The translations under genes and the position numbers were made by a program. Positions 11,491-19,773 of a stretch of 64,000 bases of DNA are shown here, in pieces. Source of the stretch: Alphaproteobacteria bacterium (GTDB lineage Bacteria; Pseudomonadota; Alphaproteobacteria; MPNO01; UBA830); assembly GCA_965243135.1 (NCBI GenBank), contig OZ251539.1:4096001-4160000 (forward strand). Reading direction: 5' to 3'. Below the pieces are notes generated by a model. It saw only the letters and a program-made list of their open reading frames with translations. It made no database searches and was not told the DNA's origin. Within the stretch, counting starts at the first letter, position 1; every line of letters starts with the position of its first letter.

Positions 11491-12128
11491 TGTTTCGAAA
11501 CCTGTTGCGGACAGGGTTGTGCCACTTCTACGCCCAACTCGTCCATCAGCGCCGTACGCGCGGCCCAATCGCCGCCGGTCGCATTGAAAACGACCGCATT
11601 CCGCGACAACTGCAACCGCCAGGAACTTTCGGTCCGAACGGTCGAAGGCATTCTCGAGAAGGTCTTCGAAGCCCCGTCGAGCGTCCCAGGAGGGCGTCAC
11701 CGTGGACCGGCGCACGCGGTCATCCCGTTTTTCGTGGTTTCCTCATCGGCCTCGAAGCGTAACGCATGCGTTCGGCAATCTCTATCGTGAGGGCAGTATC
11801 GCTCCGACCTTGCTGGCGAGTCAAGGTGCTGCGGCGGTTTTCAGGTTGCGGAGACCGTGTTTTCGTGGAACGCAAGGAAGATCAGCGATCCGACGAGGGT
11901 GAGAGGGGAAGTAATCGCCAATTCGACACGCACCGCGGGTTATATCGAGATCCACAATCTCCGCGACCGGCGCTACGTCGTACTCGAAGGAGAGGTGAAA
12001 TGATGCCGCCGGGACGAGACGCTACCCTCGATGCAGTTCATGCGCCAGCAAAAACCGGAGCACCGTCTACCGGGATGGCGATTACCCGGCCTACCCGGCG
12101 GCCATCGTCATTATTTAGGAGGGACGCC

Positions 12129-12434
12129 ATGCCCGGCGCAAGCATGAAAGTCGAGATGATCGGCGCGGAGAAAGTCCGCCGCCGCCTCGACGAAATCGTC
12201 CGCGACAGCCAAGACGCCACCCCGCTGATGCGCGACATCGGAGAGCATGTGCTCAACGCCACCCACGACCGCTTCGACTCGCAGACCGACCCCGCCGGCA
12301 ACCCGTGGGAGCCGCTCTCCGACAACACCAAGCGGCGCAAGAAGCGCAACGGGGACAAGATCCTCACCCTCGACGGCGACCTCCGCGGCAACCCTTGCCG
12401 ACGCACAGACGCCTCAGCGCATGTCGCGCCATGA
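12129..12434 (+). pseudogene. Truncated phage virion morphogenesis protein (Mu gpG / phage tail S-like)
   Basis: PLMRDIGE...RFDSQTDPAGNPWEPLS..TKRRK...KILTLDGDLRG, then similarity stops; RBS AGGAGG upstream. Confidence 0.7.
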
Positions 12435-12573
12435 TCGCCTGTCTCGGACGCCGGACGCGCCGCGATCGGCTTCTTGAACATTTCCAAGCCGCGGTTGCGA
12501 TCGTCCGTGCGGCTCGGTCGGCGATACGCTTTCGGCCGCCCGGCCGCGGCGACGGATTCCGGCTTCTTGCGGT

Positions 12574-13470
12574 TCAGTCGTCCGCACGCTCGTATGCGAC
12601 GCCCGCGTCGTCAAGGAGCGCCAAGATGGCTTCGGCATGAACGCCCACCCCGACGTTGAGAAACTGGTGCGCGATCTGCCCCTTCGGCTCTCCCGGCGCG
12701 CGCGGCCGGAAACCGAGCGGCAGATGGCGCGTGTGCGACTGGATCGCCCAAACCGCCCCGTCGGAATCGAACACCGGCCCGCCGCTCTGCCCCTGGAAGC
12801 CCGGCGAAGAGGTTTCGAGGTACTTTCCCCGTCGAGCGCCTCCGTCCGCGGAAGCTCCGGGCGGCGGCGACAAGAGGAACCGCGTCAGCATTCCTTCGAT
12901 CGGAAAGAGCGGTATCGGAAGCGCCTCCGGCGGCAGGATGAACGCGCCGCGCGCCTCGTCCCAGGTCGGCACGATCTCGTGAAACGGAAAACCGAGCCGG
13001 CACAGGCTGCGGCCCGGCCCGTAATCCGCGCCGGGAGCCTTGAAAGCGGGATAGTGCGCGACGCTCGCCGGGTCGAACGGTTCCAGGCGCCCGAGCGCCA
13101 GATCGGACTCGGGCATCAGGCGCACATCCTTCAACGCCGCGCCGTCGGACCCCCACCAGGCCGAGCAGCCGCGTGCCGAGTCCGGGGCCGGTCGCTCCAG
13201 ATGGCGCAGTTCGCGCTTGCGCGCCGAATCGTGGGACGTCCTCGCGTTTTCCATGTCGCGAACGGCGGAGCGGTAGGCGCGGTAACGGTCCGCTTCTTCC
13301 TCCAACCGGCGCAGAAGGCCGAGGATGTGCGCCGCGGTCAGCACCCACCCGTCCCGGTTGACGACCGTGAAGGCGGCCACGACGCCGCGGCAATCTCCGC
13401 GCGCGGTGCGGCTCGAAATCACGACCGGCCGCGTGAAGGCGCTCGCCAGGCGGAAAGCTCGAACGAACAT
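12574..13470 (-). CDS. Trypsin-like serine protease, no signal peptide
   Basis: Catalytic motifs LTAAH, SDLAL and GQSGGP. Confidence 0.8.
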   Translation of the reverse strand: MFVRAFRLASAFTRPVVISSRTARGDCRGVVAAFTVVNRDGWVLTAAHILGLLRRLEEEADRYRAYRSAVRDMENARTSHDSARKRELRHLERPAPDSARGCSAWWGSDGAALKDVRLMPESDLALGRLEPFDPASVAHYPAFKAPGADYGPGRSLCRLGFPFHEIVPTWDEARGAFILPPEALPIPLFPIEGMLTRFLLSPPPGASADGGARRGKYLETSSPGFQGQSGGPVFDSDGAVWAIQSHTRHLPLGFRPRAPGEPKGQIAHQFLNVGVGVHAEAILALLDDAGVAYERADD

Positions 13471-13975
13471 CGCGGCGGCTATGGGCGCCGACTGCGCGAA
13501 AGTCCGGCCGGCGCGGGCCGGCGTCCGTTACGGAATTCGGTCGTCATGTTCCCGCCCGGCGAAGGAACGCCGGCTCTTCGTGAACGCCGGCGCCTCGCCG
13601 TCATCTCAATGCCTCCACCAACCCGTTCGCCCTGGAAATCGGCGCGCCGAACACCGCGCCCGCAAGCCGCGGTTTCCGCTCGTCGCGTCGCGGGGCAGGA
13701 GCCTGCGCGCTCGCCTCCCCGACGGAAACGCAGCTTATAGAATAGTGCGCGAGCGCGAAGCAACGCTCCGCGCGTTGTCGACGCGATGAACGCGCCGACG
13801 CCCGCGTGCGCCCCTGCGGAGTTGACGGCGTTTCGGCCGCGCTCCGCCGCAGGCTGGCTTGAGCGGACCGGGGCGGCACGAGAAGGGGGACGGAGAGAAA
13901 GGGTTGCGACGTTCCGGCGCGGAACGGCGTGCGGCGAGGACGAGTTCGATCCTCGGGCGCGGGCCTGCAGGCGAT

Positions 13976-14011
13976 CCGTGTCCCGCTCCTCGGAGCGGGC
14001 CTCGTTGAAGC
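13976..14011 (+). repeat. Solitary CRISPR-repeat-like hairpin (type I-G/I-U style)
   Basis: CCGTGTCCCGCTCCTCGGAGCGGGCCTCGTTGAAGC: 8-bp stem CCCGCTCC/GGAGCGGG followed by CCTCGTTGAAGC; single copy. Confidence 0.35.
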
Positions 14012-14176
14012 GCCTTCGGGTGACCGTGTCGCCGTCCAGTTCCCCCGAGGCTCTCGGGGCGCGCCGCCCGGAGAGCGCCGGGGACGCGGCCGGCAGTCGC
14101 GCGGCCCGCGAAATGCCGGACGGGCGGCAGTTGACAGGAACGCGGCGCGGCGCGAACGTCTCAGCTGCGACGCGAT

Positions 14177-14205
14177 TTGCAATCCGTCGAGCGATGTCGT
14201 ATTCT
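14177..14205 (+). promoter_or_regulatory. Sigma70-type promoter of the betaine ABC operon
   Basis: TTGCAA-17 nt-TATTCT about 60 nt upstream of the ATG at 14265. Confidence 0.55.
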
Positions 14206-14264
14206 TGGCTTGCGAGGGTTCTCCGCAGGGGCGGACCCGGACAACGGCAAAAGGAAACGATCCC

Positions 14265-15254
14265 ATGAGAAAGTGGTTGGGAGCATTGGCCGCCGCGCCG
14301 ATGATCGCCGGTTTCGCGACCGGCGCCGGAGCGGCGTGCGGCAAGATTACGATTGCCGAGATGTCCTGGGCATCCGCGGAAGTGGCTGCCCATGTACAGA
14401 ACGTCATTCTCAGCAAAGGCTACGGATGCCAGTCCGAACTGGTGCCGGGAGACACCGTGCCCACCGTCACCTCGATGACCGAAAAGGGCGAACCCGACAT
14501 CGGACCGGAAATCTGGCTGAATTCCGCGCGCGAACCCGTCGAAAAGGCCGTCGCGGACGGCCGGCTCAAGATCGCGACGGAAATCCTGGCGGACGGCGGC
14601 GAGGAAGGCTGGTGGGTTCCGGACTACGTGGTCAAGGACCATCCCGAACTGACCACCCTGCAGGCCGTTCTCAAGCAGCCCGGCCTGTTTCCCGACAAGG
14701 AAGAACCGGGGAAGGGACGGTTTCACACCTGCCCGGCCGGGTGGGCTTGCGAAATCATCAACGCCAACCTGTACAAGGCCTACGGCTTGGAGAAGGCGGG
14801 GTTCACGCTGTTCAATCCCGGTTCCGGCGAGGGACTGGCCGCCGCGATCGCCAAGGCTTACGAGCGGAAGCAGCCGATCTTCGCCTATTATTGGGCGCCG
14901 ACCTCCGTGCTCGGCAAGTATCCGATGGTCAAGCTCGGCGGCATGACGCACGATCCCGCGTCGTGGCCGTGCGTGATCAAGCAGGACTGCGAAGCGCCCA
15001 AGCCCAATCAGTACCCGAAGTCCGTGGTCTACACCGTGGTCACTTCGAGCTTCGCGAAGAACGCGCCGGAAGCGTACGATTTCATCTCCAAGTTCAAGTG
15101 GCGGAACTCGCTGGTGAACAAGCTGCTGGCCTGGAAGGACGATCAGCAGGCGACCGGAAGCGAGACGGCGACGTATTTCCTCAAGAACCACGAGGAGGTC
15201 TGGAGCAAGTGGGTGACCGCCGACGTGGCGGCCAAGGTGAAAGCCGGCCTCTGA
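14265..15254 (+). CDS. proX: Glycine betaine/proline-type ABC transporter substrate-binding protein
   Basis: Signal peptide, EMSWASA, CPAGWAC and YYWAPT. Confidence 0.85.
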   Translation: MRKWLGALAAAPMIAGFATGAGAACGKITIAEMSWASAEVAAHVQNVILSKGYGCQSELVPGDTVPTVTSMTEKGEPDIGPEIWLNSAREPVEKAVADGRLKIATEILADGGEEGWWVPDYVVKDHPELTTLQAVLKQPGLFPDKEEPGKGRFHTCPAGWACEIINANLYKAYGLEKAGFTLFNPGSGEGLAAAIAKAYERKQPIFAYYWAPTSVLGKYPMVKLGGMTHDPASWPCVIKQDCEAPKPNQYPKSVVYTVVTSSFAKNAPEAYDFISKFKWRNSLVNKLLAWKDDQQATGSETATYFLKNHEEVWSKWVTADVAAKVKAGL

Positions 15255-15304
15255 ACGGGTCGCGGGGGAAGCCCGAGTCGTCCTGAGAGCGGGGAGGACG
15301 GATC

Positions 15305-16186
15305 GTGTTCGACTGGCTGCGGGAGTTTCCGACTCTCGACGACGGCGCTCTGCGCGCGGTCAAAAAGGCTTTCGACACCGGATACCGCTCGTTTTCCCGG
15401 GAATACGGCGACGCGATCGAGAGCGCTTTCGATCCGTTGCTGTATTTCCTGGTCTGGTTCGAGCAGCTCCTTCTGGCCGCGCCGTGGTGGCTGGTGATCG
15501 CCGTCGTCGCCGGCCTCTGCTTCGCGGTGAGCAGGAGCAAGCGCCTCACGGCCGGCGTTGCGGCCGCTCTCTTCGTCATCGGCTATCTCGGCATGTGGGA
15601 CGACACGATGCGCACCCTGGCGATCATCTTCGTCTCCACGCTGATCGCCGTCGCCATCGGCCTCCCGATCGGGATCTGGATGTCGCGTTCGAGCCGGGTG
15701 CAGGCGTGCATGATGCCGGTTCTCGACGTCATGCAGACGATGCCGATTTTCGTCTATCTGATTCCCGTGGTGATGCTGTTCGGCCTCGGCAAGATACCGG
15801 GCCTCATCGCGGTGGTGATCTACGCCGTGCCGCCGGTCATCCGGCTTACGAATCTCGGCATTCGGCTGGTCGACAAGGAAGTGCTGGAAGCCGCCGACGC
15901 CTTCGGCACCGACGGGTGGCGAAGGCTGTTCGGGATTCAGCTTCCGCTCGCCCTTCCCAACATCATGGCCGGAATCAATCAGACCATCATGATGGCGCTG
16001 TCGATGGTGGTGATCGCGTCCATGATCGGCGTGAAGGGCTTGGGCCAGCCCGTGCTGCGGGCGGTTACGAACCAGTATTTCGCGCTCGGATTGTTCAACG
16101 GCGCCGCCGTCGTCGCGCTGGCCATCGTCTTCGACAGGATCACCCAGAGCTACGGCCGGCGGATCCAGGAAAATAGACGGCTGTGA
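15305..16186 (+). CDS. proW: Glycine betaine/proline ABC permease
   Basis: LDVMQTMPIFVYLIP, EAA loop and AGINQTIMMALSMVVIASMIG. Confidence 0.9.
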   Translation: MFDWLREFPTLDDGALRAVKKAFDTGYRSFSREYGDAIESAFDPLLYFLVWFEQLLLAAPWWLVIAVVAGLCFAVSRSKRLTAGVAAALFVIGYLGMWDDTMRTLAIIFVSTLIAVAIGLPIGIWMSRSSRVQACMMPVLDVMQTMPIFVYLIPVVMLFGLGKIPGLIAVVIYAVPPVIRLTNLGIRLVDKEVLEAADAFGTDGWRRLFGIQLPLALPNIMAGINQTIMMALSMVVIASMIGVKGLGQPVLRAVTNQYFALGLFNGAAVVALAIVFDRITQSYGRRIQENRRL

Positions 16187-17250
16187 CGTCGAACATCGAA
16201 ATCGGCTCGCTGTACAAGGTGTTCGGAGACGATCCGGAGTCCGCCATGCGGCGCGTGCACGACGGGATGGAAAAGCAGGAGCTTCTCGAATCCCACGGCC
16301 ATGTGCTCGGCCTGCGCGCGATCGACCTGGACATCGCGCCGCAAAGCATCCAGGTCATCATGGGGCTGAGCGGTTCGGGAAAATCCACGCTCATCCGCCA
16401 CATCAACCGTCTGATCGATCCCTCCGAGGGCGAAGTCCGGATCGGCGGCGAAGACGTTTTGGCTCTCGACGAAGCGGCGCTGCGCGACCTCCGCCGGCAC
16501 AGGGTCAGCATGGTGTTTCAGCGCTTCGCGCTGTTCCCGCACAGGACGGTGCTGGAAAACGTCGGCTACGGCCTGACCGTACAGGGAATCGAACGTTCCG
16601 AACGCAAGGCGCGCGCGGGGCAATGGATCGACCGCGTGGGACTCGGCGGCTACGAGGAATCCTATCCGCACCATCTGTCCGGCGGGATGCAGCAGCGCGT
16701 CGGACTCGCCCGCGCCCTCGCGACCGACGCCGAGATCCTGCTGATGGACGAAGCGTTCAGCGCGCTCGATCCTCTCATCCGTTCGGACATGCAGACTCTT
16801 CTTCTGGAGTTGCAGCAGGAACTGAAGAAAACCATTGTCTTCGTGACCCACGATCTCGAGGAAGCGATCGCGATCGGCGACCGAATCGCGATTCTGCGCG
16901 ATGGCGAGATCGTGCAGAACGGCGATTCCCAAGAGATCGTCCTCAAGCCGGCCGACGACTACATCGCCGACTTCACCCGCAACATCAACCGCGGCCGCGT
17001 CATCCGCGTCGAATCCGTCATGGAGCCTGCCAGGAACGATCTCCAGGGTCCCCCTTCCTGTCCCTCCGGCATGTCGTTGGATGAAGCGCTGCCGCTGGTC
17101 ATTACCGCGCCCGGCGAAGAAGTGCCGGTCGTGGATCCAGAGGGCAAAAACGTCGGTACGGTGTCCGTCATCGGAATACTCGCCAGCCTCGTCGGCAAGC
17201 AACTCCCCGGGTTGCACGACAAGAAATCGTCCGCTTCCTCGCCTCGATGA
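16183..17250 (+). CDS. proV: Glycine betaine/proline ABC ATP-binding protein
   Basis: GLSGSGKST, LSGGMQQRVGLARA and MDEAFSALDPLIR. Confidence 0.92.
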   Translation: MTSNIEIGSLYKVFGDDPESAMRRVHDGMEKQELLESHGHVLGLRAIDLDIAPQSIQVIMGLSGSGKSTLIRHINRLIDPSEGEVRIGGEDVLALDEAALRDLRRHRVSMVFQRFALFPHRTVLENVGYGLTVQGIERSERKARAGQWIDRVGLGGYEESYPHHLSGGMQQRVGLARALATDAEILLMDEAFSALDPLIRSDMQTLLLELQQELKKTIVFVTHDLEEAIAIGDRIAILRDGEIVQNGDSQEIVLKPADDYIADFTRNINRGRVIRVESVMEPARNDLQGPPSCPSGMSLDEALPLVITAPGEEVPVVDPEGKNVGTVSVIGILASLVGKQLPGLHDKKSSASSPR

Positions 17251-17327
17251 AGCCGCGAAGCTCCTGAGCCGCGCGCCGGCCTGAAGGGCGGCGGTCCGGC
17301 CGACGTTCGTTCGGGAAGGACGGCCCG

Positions 17328-18686
17328 TCACCCCACGGACAGCGTCACGCGAAGCCCCTGCCCGCCGTCCGACAACTCCACCCGCCCGCCGTGCTGCTGC
17401 GCAACCGCCTGGACCAGGCTCAGCCCCAGACCGCTGCCCGGCGTATTGCGGCTGGCCTCGAGACGGTGGAACCGCTTGAACACCGCCTCGCGGCTGCCCT
17501 CCGGTATGCCGGGACCGCTATCCCAGACCGCGACCTCCTTCGCGGCCGTCGCAACGCCGACCGAACCGCCGGCCGGCGTGTACTTGATCGCGTTGTCGAC
17601 AAGATTCGCGACCGCCTGGAACAACAGGTCGCGGTCTCCGTCTATGCGTCCGGTTTCCGCTACGTCCACGCGGAAGGCGAGGTTCTTCTCCTGGGCGAGC
17701 GGCTCGTAGAGTTCGGCGACGTCGCGAACGACCGCCGCGAGATCGACCGGCCCGAAGGTCTCGCCGCGGCCGCCGGCCTCGATCTGCGTTATGCGGAGAA
17801 GTGCGTTGAACATCGCGATGAGGCCGTCGGCTTCGGCCGCCGCTTCCCTTGCGAGCCGCCCGCGGTCTTCCGGCGGCAACGACTCGTCGTCGAGATCCTC
17901 GATCCGTCCCCTCAATCTGGCCAGCGGCGTTCTGAGGTCGTGGGCGATATTGTCCGATACGTGCCGCAGCCCCTCCATCAAGGCCTGAATTCGGTCGAGC
18001 ATGTCGTTGAGGTTGCCCGCGAGTTGATCGAAATCGTCCCCGCTGCCGCGAACCGGAATGCGGCGCGAAAGGTCGCCGGTCATGATTTCGCGGCTGGTCT
18101 GGTTGATCGCCTCGATGCGCCCTGCCGCGCTGCGGCTCATCGCGACCCCGCCCGCCAGGGACAGGACGATCGCGATCCCGGAACCCCAGATCATGGCGTT
18201 GCGGATCATTGATCGGGTTCGCTCCAGTTCCCGGACGTCGCGGCCGACCAGCAGCCTCAGCCCGCCTTGCAGGGCGAAGAGCCGCGCCCTGGCCGGATGA
18301 AGGCTGCCGTCCGGAGAATCGATCAGTTCGAACGTCATCCAGCCGTCCCGGTCCGGTTCGGAGGCGGGCCACGCGCCGAGATTGCCGACGAGGCGGCGGC
18401 CCTGCGGATCGGTGAGCAGATAGACGGTGCGCCCGCCCGGGTCGCGCCTCACCCGCCCGGCGACGATCTCCGCCACGCCCTGGACGCCGCGCCGTTCGTA
18501 CTGCTCCGCCAGCCCCTTGATGTCCGCGAGTATGATCTCGCTGGTCTGTTCGGTGAGGGCGCCCACCGTCGCATGCCAGAGAAAGCCCAGAAGCGCCGCT
18601 CCGGACGCGCCGAACAGGACCATGTAGATCAGCGCCAGCCGAAAGGTCGCGCTCTTAAGCAGGCGGGCCGTCGTCGCGAATGACAT
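17328..18686 (-). CDS. HAMP-domain sensor histidine kinase
   Basis: Two TM helices, H-box IAHDLRTPL, NLVDNAIKY, DSGPGI and GSGLGL. Confidence 0.93.
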   Translation of the reverse strand: MSFATTARLLKSATFRLALIYMVLFGASGAALLGFLWHATVGALTEQTSEIILADIKGLAEQYERRGVQGVAEIVAGRVRRDPGGRTVYLLTDPQGRRLVGNLGAWPASEPDRDGWMTFELIDSPDGSLHPARARLFALQGGLRLLVGRDVRELERTRSMIRNAMIWGSGIAIVLSLAGGVAMSRSAAGRIEAINQTSREIMTGDLSRRIPVRGSGDDFDQLAGNLNDMLDRIQALMEGLRHVSDNIAHDLRTPLARLRGRIEDLDDESLPPEDRGRLAREAAAEADGLIAMFNALLRITQIEAGGRGETFGPVDLAAVVRDVAELYEPLAQEKNLAFRVDVAETGRIDGDRDLLFQAVANLVDNAIKYTPAGGSVGVATAAKEVAVWDSGPGIPEGSREAVFKRFHRLEASRNTPGSGLGLSLVQAVAQQHGGRVELSDGGQGLRVTLSVG

Positions 18687-19344
18687 ATCCGGCTCCGCGG
18701 ATCGTGTGAATCAGCGGCCTGTCGAAATCCCGGTCCACCTTCCGGCGCAGCCGGCTGATGTGAACGTCGATGACGTTGGTCTGCGGATCGAAATGATAGT
18801 CCCAGACGTTTTCCAGCAGCATCGTGCGGGTGACCACGCTGCCCGCGTTGCGCATCAGGCACTCTAGAAGACGGAATTCCCGCGGTTGAAGCTCTATCGG
18901 CCGCGTTCCCCGGGTTACGCGGCGCGCAAGTAGATCCAGCTCGAGATCCGAAACGCGCAGCGCCGTTTCCGCGCCGCCGGCGCCCGCCGCCCGGCGCGCC
19001 AGCGCCTCCAGCCGCGCCAGAAGTTCGGCGGCCGCGAACGGCTTCACCAGGTAATCGTCTCCTCCGGCCTTGAGACCCTTGACGCGGTCGTCCACCGCCC
19101 CCAAGGCGCTGAGAAACAGCACCGGCGTGCGGTCGTCCGAAGCGCGAAGGGTGCGCACGATGGTCAGGCCGTCCGGCCCCGGCAACATGCGGTCCACCAC
19201 CAACGCGTCGTAATCGGCGGACGCAGCCATGACCAGACCGATCCTGCCGTCGGCCGCATGGTCGCCGACATGCCCGGCCTCGGCCAGCACCTTGAGGACG
19301 TAGGCCGCGACTCCGGGGTCATCCTCGACGACCAGTATGCGCAT
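18655..19344 (-). CDS. OmpR-family response regulator
   Basis: VEDD, DRMLP, DDYLVKPF and winged helix TNVIDVHISRLRRKVD. Confidence 0.94.
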   Translation of the reverse strand: MRILVVEDDPGVAAYVLKVLAEAGHVGDHAADGRIGLVMAASADYDALVVDRMLPGPDGLTIVRTLRASDDRTPVLFLSALGAVDDRVKGLKAGGDDYLVKPFAAAELLARLEALARRAAGAGGAETALRVSDLELDLLARRVTRGTRPIELQPREFRLLECLMRNAGSVVTRTMLLENVWDYHFDPQTNVIDVHISRLRRKVDRDFDRPLIHTIRGAGYVIRDDGPPA

Positions 19345-19374
19345 CCCGTCCCCCGGCCTTCCGTCTTGCCTCCG

Positions 19375-19773
19375 TCAAATCGCCGCCACGGCGGAGATCT
19401 CGATCAGGAACTCCGGCCAGGCCAGCGCCGATACCTCGACGATGGCGGAAGCCGGACCGTTTTCGGGAAAGTAACTTTCGCGGATATCGGACACCGACTC
19501 GAACGCGCCGATGTCCCGCGCGTAGACCGTGACCTGCACGATGTCCCGCATGGCGCCGCCGTTCGCCTCGACGATAGCCTTGACGTTCTCCAGAACCTGG
19601 ATCGTCTGGGCGCGGATGTCGCCCTTGCCGACCAGATTGCCGCCGGCGTCGAGCGCCACCTGTCCGGCGACGAAGAGCAGCGGCCCCGCCTCCGCGCGGA
19701 CGCTGTTGGAATAATGCGGCTTGAGCGGCGGCGCAACGCCGGCCGGGTTCGCGCCTACGGATTTTCGCGTCAT
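19375..19773 (-). CDS. RidA/YjgF-family protein
   Basis: HYSNSV, LFVAGQV, PASAIVEV and LIEISAVA; ATGA overlap with the upstream gene. Confidence 0.87.
   Translation of the reverse strand: MTRKSVGANPAGVAPPLKPHYSNSVRAEAGPLLFVAGQVALDAGGNLVGKGDIRAQTIQVLENVKAIVEANGGAMRDIVQVTVYARDIGAFESVSDIRESYFPENGPASAIVEVSALAWPEFLIEISAVAAI

Noticed and set aside
13940-14065. CRISPR array
   Set aside because: Only one good repeat-like unit, no regular spacing and no cas genes; kept only as a solitary-repeat hypothesis.
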